64,000 bases of DNA from positions 73,470,001 to 73,534,000 of the forward strand of contig NC_043007.1 of assembly GCF_006345805.1 (NCBI RefSeq), given 5' to 3'. This document shows positions 13,255 through 27,177 of this stretch, piece by piece (positions within the stretch are counted from its first letter, which is position 1; each line of letters begins with the position of its first letter). The translations under genes and the position numbers were made by a program. Origin of the DNA: Octopus sinensis (taxonomy: Eukaryota). Below the pieces are notes generated by a model that worked only from the letters and a program-made list of their open reading frames with translations, was not told the origin of the DNA and did not search any database.

Positions 13255-13865
13255 GTGTAGTCTTTCTTCATGTCCTTGATGGCTTGGGACAAAAATTGGC
13301 CCTTTCTTATCTTGTATGAGGAATACTGAACATTTTTAGTTTTTCTCATACCTACCTGATAAGAAACTAAGACACTGCCATGTCCTTGGCGATGGACCTG
13401 ATTGACTTGGCGGGATCATTTTCAATCATGGCCTGGATCTCACCAAATTCAGGAGTTTTTTTTTATGACAGAATCATAATGGTTATAGTCATAAAACTTG
13501 TCATGATTATTTTGAAGTAGTATAAAGTAACTGGCTATAATGAGGTTTGGTAGTGGAAGACCTCAAATCAAGCATGGACTTTGTCTTCTTACCCTCTTAG
13601 AGGATTTAAGTAAAATTATACAAATATATCCGACTGATTAAATATATTCTGTTTATTTATTTATGCAGCTGAGGATAGCCCTGTATTTAAATTGATGTAA
13701 TGATTGCATTGCTCAATTAAGTGGAGCCATTTGAAATGGTCGTACTACATCACCTCTGGATATCCTGTTGCTTATTTTGATTTTATTCACCTTATTTTGA
13801 AGTTGTATGGTTAATACTGCACTAATTTTTGGGGCTTCGACTTAGGCACCTAATTCATCTGAATC
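13255..13865 (-). mobile_element. Tc1/mariner-superfamily (maT/DD37D-like) transposase 5' fragment
   Basis: EFGEIQAMIENDPAKSIRSIAKDMAVS*FLIR followed by YSSYKIRKGQFLSQAIKD; possible terminus near 13860; subfamily call is from memory. Confidence 0.6.
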
Positions 13866-14665
13866 TCAATTATTTTGCTTGTATATATATATATATATAT
13901 ACAATTGTATAACATTAATAAAGTTGATTATTATTGGTTCAATACAGGTAACAAGAGATTGAGACTGTTGTAGACTGTGAGAAAATAGAGTGAACTGCTG
14001 ACATATAAGATATAAGACAGGTAATCCAATCCGAATCTATATTCATTATCACAAGAAGCCATTCAGTGAGATTGATAGGATTTGAATTACATGTATCTAT
14101 TTCATTTGGTTTGAATCGTTCCTTTTCCAGAAGACATATCTGCTACTGGTAACAGCTGGATAATCTTTTGGATTTCCTATTGCGAGATATTACTAGTTGC
14201 TGCAATATATGGAATTTTTCAGTTAGTCAACGTTTGCATTTATGTGGTCCATTAGAATGCAGTGTGGTTCAGTTAGCAGTGTAGTAGTGTCAACTAATGT
14301 TTTCTCTATCTAATTTTATTTTGTGTACTGCTTTGATGGCTTCTTGTAATAAATCCATGCTAACATCATGAGAAAATGTCAGTTATAACAGTATTTCATG
14401 ATTCTTGGCAACCTATCGCAAAATATGCAAAAAATACAATGTAAAACAGTCACTGTATTCTGATGACAAGATAGAGAAGCTATTTCAAGAGCTGTTAATG
14501 GACTAATAGATTAAAAATCTCTGTTGTTCTGGGTACTTTTTACATGACGCCAGCACCAGAAAGGTCATCAAGTTAACTTGCATGACAAGGCTCTTAACTG
14601 AGTGGGGATGTAGCATTGATGGAGGTGGTTTTATACCAAGTGATGGCAATTTTAAAATCTGCTTG

Positions 14666-15142
<477 letters not shown>

Positions 15143-15439
15143 CAGTAAGAAAATGTAAGAATCCAAAACTCCATGTAACTAGTCTTAGAGAGTCTGGAAA
15201 GCCATGTTCACTTCCTCTACCTTCAGAGCAAGTTAATAAAATGAAATTTAAAAAGTTTTTTGTACTCTGTATGTTAGTGGAACACGACTGAGACAAGTGG
15301 GAAGCAGGAGGCTGAATTGGATGTGAGAATTGCAACTGCTGGCACAGTATTGCACCAGTTCTAGCATTCAATACACAGAAGAAATGTTGGTAAGAAATCC
15401 AAACTTGCTGTCTTCATTTCAATTTGCATGCCTATCATA

Positions 15440-15991
15440 AATCAAAAATCAAAATCAAAATCAAATTCGATGACTGGTATCTGTGATATTGGGGTGCAAA
15501 AAGCACCATACAAGTGTGATAGAGTGGCTAACCAGCTTCCGTGCCAGTGGCACTTAAAAGGCACCATTCGAGCAGGATCATTACCAGCTTCACACTACTG
15601 GCACTCGAGCCCTTTACTAGTAGGGTATTAAGAGCACCATCCGAGCGTGATTGTTGCCAGAGCAGCTATCTGGTTTCCATGCCGTTGGCATGTAAAAAAC
15701 ACCATTCGAGTAGGATCATTACCAGCATCACCTTATTGGCACCTGTGTCGGTGGCATGTGTAAAAGATTCAAGCGAGGTCATTGCCAGTGCCGCCTGACT
15801 GGCCCTGTGCCAGTGGCACGTAAAAGCACCCACTATACTCTCAGAGTGGTTGGCGTTAGGAAGGGCATCCAGCTGTAGAAACTCTGCCAGATCAAGATTG
15901 AAGCCTGGTGCAGCCATCTGTTTCACCAGCCCTCAGCCAACCCATGCTAGCATGGAAAGCGGACATTAAACGACAATGATGATGATGATGA
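15440..15991 (+). mobile_element. RTE LINE 3' end
   Basis: Modular GTGGCAC.TAAAA..CACC units, GGTTGGCGTTAGGAAGGGCATCCAGCTG block and (ATG)n tail. Confidence 0.7.
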
Positions 15992-15994
15992 TCC

Positions 15995-16430
15995 TCACCT
16001 GTAGTCATAAATGTTGGGTGATGACTGAAAGAGCATGAATGTGAATAGAAGCAGCTGAAATGGGGTTTCTGCAAAGGGTCTCTGGGTCAACGTTATTTGA
16101 CAGGTTGCATAACTTGGAAATTAGTGGGTCTCTCCAGGTCAAGCTGCTGCTTCTCCATATTGACAGGTCACAGTTCCAGTACTAAGGATATGGGATTAGA
16201 ATACCTCAGGAAAGAAACACAAAATATCTTCTTCAGGCCAAATCAAATAGCAAGAGACGTAGGGGTAGACTAAGAATGAAATGGTTAGATAATATCCAGT
16301 CTCACTTGGTCACATTTGGGAATCCAGGTGGAAAGTCTAATGACAACTGCTTCTGATGGGAGATACTCAATGGAGAAGGGACCCCTACAACCCTCCCAGG
16401 AATAGAAGACAATTGGATAAATGGTTTGAT
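15995..16430 (+). mobile_element. Old RTE-clade ORF C-terminal fragment (different lineage)
   Basis: CWVMTERA*M*IEAAEMGFLQRVSG.TLFDR...LLLHIDRSQ followed by KRRRGRLRMKWLDNI. Confidence 0.65.
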
Positions 16431-17159
16431 TATACTCTTCTTAAACTAATCGAATTAAAATTACTAAACTAGAAATTTAATTGTGCAAATGTTTATCAGT
16501 CAGCTTTTCCCTTCAACTCTATTTAAAGAGCTCAATGTCTATTTAAATATTTATTTTATCAAATAAATTGGTTATGTTTTGTAATGTTTAACAATATTAA
16601 CGTAGTTTGTCACACAAAAATTACTTTTACGTATCAAGATCTGAATGTTGGCAAACAGTTTATTGTAAACAAATTTTGTTGTTTGAAAATTTGCATTATA
16701 AACTGTCAAAACTAAATAATAATACCACCAACCACCACTATTACTACTGTTGCTGCTGCTGTTGCTATGTTCTATATGCACACTACTTGGAGAGATCCTA
16801 TTTGTAGTTCATATCCCAAGGCTATCTTTTTTTTGTTTAGACTTGTTTAGGCCAGATTTAAAGAGCTACTTATTTTATATGTGACTAACTTTATATTTGA
16901 AAAGCATTATTGTGTTCCACCCATAAGGAATTGGTCAAAGGGATTATTCCATGCAACATTTTTTAGTGAAAAATGTGACAAAAATAAGCAGAGAAATGTT
17001 AGTTTTTCCATTGTTTGTCCTAAAATTGGATTGATTGCAACAAATATTTGGGTCTTTATATTAACCTCTAATTATGCACATCCCACTATCATTAATTAAT
17101 GATTAGCTACTATGATTGATTTGTATAAGCATTTATAATGAGGATCAACCAACAACAAT

Positions 17160-17460
17160 GACATTATCATCATTATTTAACATCCATTTTCCATGCTGGC
17201 ATGGGTGGGATGGTTTGACCAGAGCTGGTAAGGCAAGGGGCTACACCAGGCTCCATTGTCTGTTCTTGCATGGTTTCTACTGCTGGATGTCCTTCCTAAT
17301 GCCACACATTCTGCAGTGTGTACTTGGAGCTTTTTTATGTGGCACCAGCACTGGTAACAATTCTGCTGTGTTGGCTGGGTCTTCTTGAGTGTAGCAATAT
17401 GCCAGATATCTCTATCCTTAGTCATCTTTGTAAGCGTCAGTGTCTTGAGATTGGTCTTCA
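17160..17460 (-). mobile_element. RTE LINE 3' end including ORF C-terminus
   Basis: KTNLKTLTLTKMTKDRDIWHIATLKKT, 3' UTR and short CAT tail. Confidence 0.7.
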
Positions 17461-18015
17461 ATATTCAAAGGTCTCACCGAGGAAATGACCAGAGACCGAG
17501 ACCTTTGGAAGTATGCTGTGCGTGGGAAGACCCGGCAGGACAAGTGAGACCATAACCCGTGGCCTCTACCTGGGACGTAGCCAGCCCACTTATGCATACT
17601 GTTCCTTCTTGTGACATAAACCCTACTTGTGAAGACCTGTTGAGGCAAGTGAAAATCGAAATCTTTCAACATCAATGGAAATTGTAGCTGAGATACCAGT
17701 GCCGGTGGCACGTAAAAGAACCGTCCGAACGTGGCCGTTGCCAGCACAGCCCCGACTGGCCTCCGTGCCAGTGGCATGTAAAAAGCACCATCAAATTGTG
17801 GCCGTCGCCAGCCTCGTCTGGCACCTGTGCAGGTGGCACATAAAAAGCACCCACTACACTCTCAGAGTGGTTGGCGTTAGGAAGGGCATCTAGCTGTAGA
17901 AACACTACCAGATCAGACTGGGCCTGGCGCAGCCTCCTGGCTTCCCAGACCCCAGTTGAACTGTCCAACCCATGCTAGCATGGAAAACGGACGTTAAACG
18001 ATGATGATGATGATG
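17461..18015 (+). mobile_element. RTE LINE 3' end including ORF C-terminus
   Basis: GLTEEMTRDRDLWKYAVR.KTRQ, then the 3' UTR shared with 1843-3055 and an (ATG)n tail. Confidence 0.8.
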
Positions 18016-18291
18016 AAATGAGATAAGGTCAATTTTTGACATAGAGCAATTTTAGAGGTGAATATAGTTGATTAGATCAACTCCAGTACTTGACTGGTAC
18101 TTATTTTATTGAATCTGGAAGGATAAAAAGCAATGTCGATTGTAACAGTTGATAAAAAACACCTCCATTAAATACAGGTCTTAAATTTGCTCAATCATAG
18201 CTGATCTGGGACATGTAATCCTCAAAGTAACAAACAGATAATTAAAAAATTATTTATTAAATATGATATTGAACATATATGTGGTGTCCCC

Positions 18292-18581
18292 TAGTGCAGT
18301 TCTACTCAAAGTAGGGTCCACAGACCGGTGCCAGTCCACGAGCCATCAGCTGCTGGTATGCGACGAGTTTCCAGAAAGGAACATTATAAAATACTTGTGT
18401 AATATTGTATTATTTGTTCACAAAATAAATATAAGATAAAAAAAATTGTCAACTTATATGATATTCATTATATATAGTTTCTGGTATAAATTAATATTAC
18501 TAAGAAATATTACTGGTCCCCTGCACATTGGAAAAAAAAAAAACTATTCGTATGCTACATCAGATAGTTTGAGAAGCACTA
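18292..18581. mobile_element. Possible hAT-derived MITE
   Basis: TAGTGC..CTACTCAAAGTAGGGTCC at left and TTTGAGAAGCACTA at right form imperfect TIRs. Confidence 0.45.
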
Positions 18582-19808
18582 CCTTAGTGGATAGTTAATA
18601 CAAGGGAGATAGTCATTTCTCTATAGTATCTGGAGGGATTAGATATTTAAATTTTAAATTAAGGAACAAGGTAAAAAAATGCATGCATAGAATGAACATA
18701 TTTAATTTTTCCTTCTTAGTTAGGTTTTTAAATAGACAGTGATACTTTGAACAACATTACTCTGAAATAACTAGCCCAAATGTAGCAATGTTCAACGTAG
18801 ATCTACCATCTTTTTTGTATAATAATCATATATTTGAACCAACATATTGAAAAAACTTAATGCAAGAGAAACAAAAGAAAATCTTTTCTTCAAATGAGCG
18901 AAGGTATGGTTGTGTGATGAAGAAATTTGTTTTGGAGCTGTGTGAATGCTACTCTATAGTAATTTGCCTGGATGTCCCTTCTGTTTTAGGCTCACATCAG
19001 CCAAAGTCTTGTTAGTTGAATTTTAAAAAAGGAACTGTGTGGAAGCTTGTTTGAATTATTCCTATTCTTGGTTTAGCTCTGCCTCCAGGCTCATTAATAT
19101 TTTTAGTAGAGTTCAAGATAGGTCTTCATTCTGAAGTCTCCATTCACTTATTAGTCACAGAGGTGACTAAGTCATTGAAAAAAAAAAAAAACCAAGTCAT
19201 AAACAAACTGAATTTGCTTTATACAACTACTGTTTATGGACACCAATATTGGAAAAAAATTGTGTTTCTATGTCATTATGACTTTCAACATATTTTTTCT
19301 ATTTTATATTTTGTGTAACTGATTTCATTTTCTCTGTAATCCATATTTTTGTTGTTCTATTTAGTTTTTTTTTAATTTTATTTTTGTTGTATTTTATTTC
19401 ATGTTTAATCCACAGCTTGTCCTTCCGACAACTTGATGACAAGGCAAAATTTTTATAAAAATAAACAGAAAATCGATTTTTTTGCCTAGTAATCTTTGAT
19501 AAAAAAATATTCAAACATTGTAGCTTCAGTAGCTTCATATTTTTGAGATCCCAGAGAAAATATATCCAAGCAAATATATTGGGTGAAAATTGAGGCACGT
19601 AAACATTTGCTGGTTGAATACATTGGAATGTGGGATTGAATTTATAAGTGCAAAGTTAAATGAATTCTATTTTGATACTGTAACAGATATAGTACTGTAA
19701 ATCAGGGCCGTTGTAGCAGCATTACAGGCCCATATAGTTTTTATTTATTAACAGCAAGCCACTGTAATACATAGGTTAGCACCCCACTGGACAACTGCCC
19801 AGTGTACT

Positions 19809-19927
19809 TTGAAATTTCCCCAAGACACCTGAAGAAGGCTGGAGGGTATATCAGCCAAAATGTTGTGTTAACAACAAACAAGATGAGGACAAATATCCGT
19901 TGAATGTAAATAATGTAAATAATGTAA
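19809..19927 (+). mobile_element. Solo tail of the HHR-bearing element found at 30867-32135
   Basis: Near-identical to about 31985-32105; HHR core decayed (GAAAC to AAAAT). Confidence 0.6.
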
Positions 19928-19944
19928 ATTAACTTCAGTTCTTA

Positions 19945-20272
19945 TGCTTTTTAAGCCTGCTACTAATTCTATCAGTTGCTTTTGCTAAACCACAAAGTTG
20001 CAGGGGTATAAACAAAATAACACTGGTTGTCAAGTGATGGTAGAGACAATCACAACAACAACAACACACTCACACACACACACCACACACACACACACAC
20101 ATGCATATATGCATGCACAGACAGACATATATATTATGGGCTTCTGTAGAGTTCTCATTTGCCATGCCATATTCTCTCATAAGGCATTGGTTGGCACAGG
20201 ACTATAGTAGAAGACACTGAGCCCAAAACTACATCATTGCAAACAGACTGACCTTCTTAACCACACAGCCAT
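19945..20272 (-). mobile_element. Old SINE family A copy
   Basis: Colinear degenerate similarity with a (CA)n core. Confidence 0.6.
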
Positions 20273-20774
20273 AGGTTACAATAGCAATATGACATGTTGT
20301 TAATGAACAATGATACACTAACTGAATTCCATTATTAACATTCATCTATGTATTGTACTGTTTGTACAAGAATCACATTATCTGACCAGTTAACAATTGG
20401 CTCACAACAAAATGTCATAAGAGGAATAAACAAAAAATAGTGACTAGTCTATGTTTCATGATATTTACTACAAGGAAACTGTTGTTGGTATTGTTTTTAT
20501 TGTTGTGTGTGTGGTGGTAGTGTTTATCTCCAGGTCAGGCCTGATCCTGCTGATTTATGAAAGATATTTCAACCATAATTACTCTATTTAAAAAAAAAAT
20601 TATATAGACTGTCTTGGACTACATTGTTTTATGTGTCTTTCTTTGTTTAAGACAGCAAAGTGTAATTTGTGAGAGATTTGGCTACTATTTCTACCAGATT
20701 AAACAACCACATAGATGCTGTCCCTTGACATAGTACTTTTTAGATTTCAATACACTGTACATACTTCAATGAAA

Positions 20775-21235
20775 TGCGTGGCTTGTGGTTAAGGTGTTAC
20801 ACTCATGCTCAGAAGATTGCAGTTTCAGTTCCTAGACTGGGCATTGTGTTGTGTTCTTGAGCAAAACACTTCATTTCATGTTGCTCCATTTCACTCAGCT
20901 GTAAATGACTAACCCTGTAATAGACTGTCGTTCCATCAGATGGATTGTTATGATTTTGGTTACTTATATGTCATGGAGACCAGGTGGAGGCACATGGCTT
21001 AGTGGTTAGGGGTGTTGGACTCATGATCATAAGATTTTGGTTTCGATTCCTGAACTAAGCAACATGTGTTCTTGAGCAAAACACTTCATTTACACATTGC
21101 TCTAGTCTACTCAGCTGGTAAAAATGAGTAATCCTGCGACAGACTGGTGTCCCATCCAAGTGGAGAATTTATATGCCGGGAAACTCAGAAACTGGCCCTT
21201 ATGAATCAGCATGATTCAAGAAGGTAACTTTACCA
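20775..21235 (+). mobile_element. Two adjacent tRNA-derived SINEs (family C)
   Basis: Two heads with A/B-box-like motifs, each followed by GTGTTCTTGAGCAAAACACTTCATTT. Confidence 0.65.
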
Positions 21236-21364
21236 GTTTTTCTTTTCTTAACCATAGAAACCAGGTAACCAGCCTTATGAATCACTGGGCTCAAGATGAT
21301 AATGTCTAGGAGTTGATGATGTTATATAATTGTGCAGATATGGTTTTCTGAAATCCCCAAGATA

Positions 21365-21788
21365 TACTCTTTACTCTTTTACTCTTTTACTTGTTTCAGT
21401 CAGTTGACTGCGGCCATGCTGGAGCACCGACTTTAATCGAGCAACTCGACCCTGGGACTTATTCTTTTGTAAGCCCAGTACTTATTCTATCGGTCTATTT
21501 TGCCGAACCGCTAAGTAATGGGGACATAAACACACCAACATCGGTTGTCAAGCAATGCTAGGGGGACAAACACAGACACACAAACACACGCATGCATATA
21601 TATATATATATATACATATATATGACGGGCTTCTTTCAGTTTCCGTCTACCAAATCCACTCACAAGGCTTTGGTTGGCCCGAGGCTATAGTAGAAGACAC
21701 TTGCCCAAGGTGCCACGCAGTGGGACTGAACCTGGAAGCATGTGGTTGGTAAACAAGCTACTTACCACACAGCCACTCCTGCGCCTAC
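21365..21788 (-). mobile_element. Full-length SINE family A
   Basis: High similarity to the reverse complement of 46311-46730. Confidence 0.85.
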
Positions 21789-22033
21789 ATATCTCCACAA
21801 GGACTTAACATCATGAGCCTCTTCAGTCCCTGGTATGCCATTGTCAAAGAATTGAATAAAAAGGTTTGAATGAATAAATTTGTATGAAAAAATGTCATAT
21901 TTTAAAATCTCAGCTTTGTCTTAGAAACTTGATTAGTTTTCTTTGTAAATATCAGTGCCAATATTAAGAACTGATACTTTTATAAGGTTTTAAATGCCTT
22001 CAATTTTAAATGACTTTTTCCTTGTACTTTCAG

Positions 22034-22073
22034 TAATAAGTAAGGCTGTCCTTGAAAGACTGAGGTGATTAAG
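22034..22073 (+). other. Candidate 40-nt exon
   Basis: tttttccttgtactttcag|TAATAAG...GATTAAG|gtaaga; best frame is ISKAVLERLR*. Confidence 0.35.
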
Positions 22074-23152
22074 GTAAGAAGCTTGTTTTATATTCTAAAG
22101 TAGTAGCGCTGAGTGCTTTGGGTTTGTTATCATTTAGAATACCTACTTCTTATTTTTCTGCTTAGATTTTGCATATTTCTAGAAAAGTTCTCCAACAGAC
22201 TTGGTTAGTTTCAAATCTGATACATTAGTTGTTTTGTGACTATTCTAAGATAATTTTACATTGATTATATCTTACATGATTATAGTAATTTTTTTTTCAC
22301 TATAAGTTGTTGCTAAAAATGTCAAAGTTATTGCTGTTTGAAGATTACCTCCTGGTAGGCTCTTCATGGCAATGAAATAAAAGCAGAGGTTCTAGATAAG
22401 CAGTAACCCTATCAGATATCACATCAACTAAGAATAAAAAGAAGAAGGCAGCAGCAAAAATGTTTTATTAGTTTTTAAACTCAGTTATTTTATCCTGTTC
22501 ATTGACAATAAACTCCAAACAACCAGTTTCTGAATGGCCAATTATCTCAGATATTTTTTCTGATACTGACCTCACCAGAGAAATTATTGGTTATTAAAAT
22601 ATCTGTAAATAGTTATAAAAAGAATGGTGTCCTGTTGGATGCTTTTAGTAGACCCTCCTGACCTTGGTGCTTATGTGAATTGGATAGAATTGTGATTATT
22701 GTAACAAACAACTTTTTATTACTTGCATCACTTGAGGCACATCTTCACCATTATCTTTTCTCTTTTCCAACTGGGGTAGCCACATATCTCCCCTTTAGCA
22801 AGACATTTGCTCATGTCTCTATATCATACTTTTAGCCTCTCATCACCTAGCATTAAGCCACTTCCCACAATCCTACACCCCATCTCTCTTTAGTTGAGGT
22901 GGATGCTTCTCTTCCAAGTTACTTGGAGACCTCACTAGTACCAGTGTCATATAAAAAACATCCAATACACTCTGTAAAGTGGTTGGCATTAGGAAGAGCA
23001 TCCAGTTGTAGAAACTATGCCAATGCAGACATTGGTATTTGGTGCCAACTCCTGTCAGATTGTCCAACCCATACTAACACGAAAAGTGGACATCAAAGGA
23101 TGCTGATACATTTGTCTCTCTTACTCTTTCAAAAACCATAAATCAAACTTAC

Positions 23153-23167
23153 CACAATGGAATCTCT
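23153..23167 (-). other. Candidate 15-nt microexon (AGAGATTCCATTGTG)
   Basis: Minus strand reads tctgtctttcgtgtttag|exon|gtaagt; open in all three frames. Confidence 0.3.
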
Positions 23168-23784
23168 CTAAACACGAAAGACAGATATTTTCAGATTATG
23201 AGAGGTACAATTCTTCAATCTTTTATCTTTATCAGAAAAAGTTAAGTAGGAAGAGAAAAAAGTTTTTATCAATGCTAAAAAAATTCTCTCTTCACAACTG
23301 AAACTTCTCAACCCTAACCAAATTCTTCCTAAAATTTTGAGAAACTCATTTTCTTCTTCAAATCAATCTCAATATGTTTTACTTGCAGCACCTTGCCTGC
23401 CAGAGCCATCATTTTGGTAACTGTTTTGCATTCAATTACACACTCAACATCAATAAACTTTTATCTATTTCTCATTTCTCTTTTACATTAGCTCAACATT
23501 TAATTTCTTCAGAAACATTTTACTCTCTTGGTTTTTATAAATCCTCAGAATATCTGAAACACTACTGATTATTCTCAAAGAATGCCTTCCAAAAGTAATT
23601 TTCTGGTTCTATGAATCTGTCTGGAATCATAGAAGTATACAATTGTATTATCCTATCCCTACAAATTATGACTCTCCAGTCCCTGCATCTCTAAAGCCAT
23701 GATAACCATTATTAATGATAATCTGACTTCAATAATTCAGTAATAATGCTTGAAAGGGAACCATTTCACTTCATTTGTCTTATA

Positions 23785-25080
23785 CGAGGGACGTTCAATA
23801 AGTAATCCCCCTGACCCACTTGCAGTTGTTTGATCTAGCTGAAATTTTGCATGTGCAATTATGTATATCTCCATCGATTAAGCGGCAAATTACAGCTCTA
23901 AACTGATCGTGGTTTCTGATTTACAGGTATTTGAACTGAGTCAAGTGTGAAATGGAGCCTGATGAGTGTCGAGCAGTGATCTGGTTTTTATATTTGAAAG
24001 GATACACACCACGGGAGACTTTTGATGAAATGAAAGTAACTTATGGTGATGATGCCCCATCATATGACCTTGTAAAACGCTGGCATCGTGAATTCAAACA
24101 TGGTCGGAACTCTGTGGAAACAGCTCCCAGATCTCGTCGCCCCCCCCCCTTCTGCAATTGATGAGGCATCTGTCCGTCAAGTTGAAGCTGCCATTTTGGA
24201 AGATCGACGCATAACAATTAGCCAAATAGCCGATCAGGTCAAGATTAGTACTGGGTCTGTGGAAACTATCATTGATGACCATTTGCACATGCAAAAGGTG
24301 TCTGCCAGATGGATTCCCAGGTTGCTCACACCTTTCCAGAAGCAAGAACGCGTCAAATGCTCGAGGATGAATTTGGAGATGTGCCAAGAAGATGAGTCAA
24401 AATTTTTCAAAAGACTGATTACACAGGATGAAACCTGGGTCCATCACTATGATCCAGAGACCAAAGCCCAGTCAATGCAGTGGAAGCACCGTGACTCACC
24501 TCCTCCAAAGAAGGCAAGGGTGTAGCCCTCCGCTGGCAAGGTCATGCTCACAGTCTTCTGGGACCAGGACGGAGTAGTGATGACAGATTTCCTGGCAAAG
24601 GGTACCACAATTACAGGAGCCTATTATGCTTCACTTTTGAGGAAATTAAGAGAAGCTATCAAAATCAAGAGGCGAGACAAGATCAGAAAAGGCATCCTCC
24701 TCCTGCAGGACAACGCTCCGGTCCACAACTCGCGTGTCGCCAGATCAGAAGCACAGGCGTGGGGCTATGAACTCCTCCCCCATCCCCCTACTCTCCTGAC
24801 CTTGCACCCTCTGATTTTCACCTCTTCCCAGCCATGAAGTTATTTTTGAAAGGAAAGCGTTTCCCAGATGATGCAGCCTTGATTTCTGAAGTCACGTCGT
24901 GGTTGGAGGACCAAGCTGGGGTCTTCTACAAAAACGGTCTCCAGAGCTGCATCAAACGATGGGAGAAATGCGTAACTCTGGGTGTTTCCTATGTAGAAAA
25001 AGACTAATAACTGTGCTAAGTTTCGTTGCTCTACTGCTATGGGAAGTGGGTCAGGAGCATTACTTATTGAACGCCCCTCA
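23785..25080 (+). mobile_element. Full-length mariner transposon (1296 bp)
   Basis: 36-bp TIRs (CGAGGGACGTTCAATAAGTAAT... and ...ATTACTTATTGAACGCCCCTCA), TA at both ends, transposase inside. Confidence 0.95.
23952..25007 (+). pseudogene. DD34D mariner transposase, disabled
   Basis: ITQDETWVHHYDPE, LLQDNAPVH and YSPDLAPSD motifs; frameshift in the C-run near 24140, TAG at 24523-24525, frameshift near 24785. Confidence 0.9.
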
Positions 25081-25202
25081 TATATCATAAACTTTGGACA
25101 TTGCCTGTTCTCAAACACAATGATATAAAATGATAAACAGATTGACATGGGGCAGTCAAGGAAGTGAAAGAAAAACACACACACACACACATTTATATAT
25201 AT

Positions 25203-25589
25203 ATTAGCAGTATCGCCCGGCGTTGCTCGGGTTGTAAGGGAAATAACTATATAAGCATTTTTAGAGAGTTATAGCCAAAAAATAGCAAAAAAATGCATTA
25301 AAAATTGAAAAAAAAATTAAGGTAAATTTTTTAAAAAATCGTTGACACATCGTAGATATTTTTAGAGAGTTACTTCCTTTATATAAAAGCGAAAAAAATG
25401 CATTAAAATGGAAAAATATGATGGTAAATTTTTTTTAAATCGTAGACGCACGCTAATACCCAGAAGGGCTCGATATGAATCACGACTATAAGATACCCGC
25501 TTTTGGTTAAACTGCACTGCAAAATGTGAGAGTAGTTAGGAATCTAAATCGTAGGAGACAGACACACAACTTCACTCTTATATAAAGAT
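25203..25589 (-). mobile_element. Non-autonomous Helitron with internal tandem repeats
   Basis: Minus strand A|TCTTTATATAAG start; CCCGAGCAACGCCGGG hairpin then CTAAT end; two ~100-bp internal repeats. Confidence 0.7.
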
Positions 25590-26239
25590 GCTTTTTTTTT
25601 TTCAGTCATAGAGTTAGATTTATGAAGGTCTTCAGTAGAAAATCCTTCGAATTCTGACTCGCTGCTTGATATAATGAAATTCGTATCCATTTTTTGTCAG
25701 AATTACAAATTTTGAAAACACAATAGGAACAAATTTCGGAAAAAAATCTCCCATAATTCACGGAATTAAAATTACACTTCGATTTTTGTACAAAACTGTA
25801 GTTGAAGTGTTTACGAAGTATAATACGTGTTTTCACGAATGTACTAAAGAGATTTGCTCTGATATTCTCATTTAAATATGAATAGGTAAATTCGGGCGGC
25901 TTGGTAACTATATATAAGTGTCGTCTGTTTATACATAAACACTGTTTCATACTGCAATTATATATACATATATCTATATATAATATTATATAATAAAATA
26001 TATACAGAGTAAAATAAAAACCAATTTACCTTTTCTGTCCATCCGTGTGTCTTTGCAAATGTGTTGGAATGATAAGTGAGTTGAGTTTTGGCGCCTTTTT
26101 TACTAATAACAAACACACACGTGTTTGTATGTAGTTGTATGTGTATGTAGTTGTATGTAGTTGTATATGTATGTGTATGCGTGTGTGTGAGGAATGACAC
26201 ACACACACTCACGCACGCACACATGTACATCAATGCTTT

Positions 26240-26720
26240 CAGAGTGATATGTTAAAATATTGAGTTTTCTCGAATTTTGTCTTAATTGGTGGTAAAATTG
26301 AAAGAAATTTTTTATGGCATCACCCACTGAAGTACTCTGAAAAATCTTAGGTAAATTCTAATTGAAGAAATTGTGTGAGGAGTAAATCGTTATGTATTTA
26401 TTTGTTTCTGTTTGCTGTTTCAGTTTAGTCTTCCTCAAATCACTCTGTCGCTATTTACTTTCATTTTATTCGTTGCACACTGTGTGTGTGCGTGTGGTGT
26501 AAACCAGACTAAGAAAAGCATTTGACACACACACCAGAATGTGAGTTTTCTGTAAATTTTGCTTAATTGGAGTTTAAATTTTAAAAACTGGACCTGGCAT
26601 GACGCGATGCATTGTACTCTTAAAAATGCAAGGTAAATTGTAATTGAAGAAATCCTATATTGTAGATTTGTATAACTCCCAAAGGGAGGCAGATAAAATC
26701 TGCCTTTTATAATAAGAGAT
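26240..26720 (-). mobile_element. Helitron-like non-autonomous fragments
   Basis: A|TCTCTTATTATAAAAGGCAGATTTTATCTGCC terminus; same family at 41890-42087. Confidence 0.5.
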
Positions 26721-27177
26721 ATAAACACACAGAAACACAGACACACACATATACATCTTGGATGTGTATTCTACTTTCATTTATTGTTTATTGGAGTTTG
26801 AATTTTGTTATAGTTAACCAAATTCGTTTAAAACTGAGTGATTTATTGATATTTGCCTTGATTTTTTTAATCCCTTTTTTTTCCCTATTATATGTTGCTC
26901 CAGCATGAGTACAGCTGCATGGCTGAAATGAATATATTCATAAATAATGTTAATTATTTATAATATATCCTCTGTAATGTTTTATTACATTACTTTCTAA
27001 ATATATATATATAAAGAATATGAGAGGTTTAGTTCACTGATGATCTTAACCAATAGGTATGCTGTGTAAGTGCTATAATTGGTCATCCGATAGGTTCCAA
27101 GTTCACAGATGAGGCTGAAGCTAGGGATCTGTAGTAGGCTTCTGAGGCTATAATATTATATATATATACATACATAC

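Noticed and set aside
13035-13349. 104-aa ORF with a poly-M/T/G stretch
   Set aside because: Chimera of a transposase fragment, a (CAT)n repeat and a decayed SINE
25606-25950. 114-aa ORF and an SSESEFEGF peptide in another frame
   Set aside because: Too short to assign; at best the edge of a decayed DNA transposon
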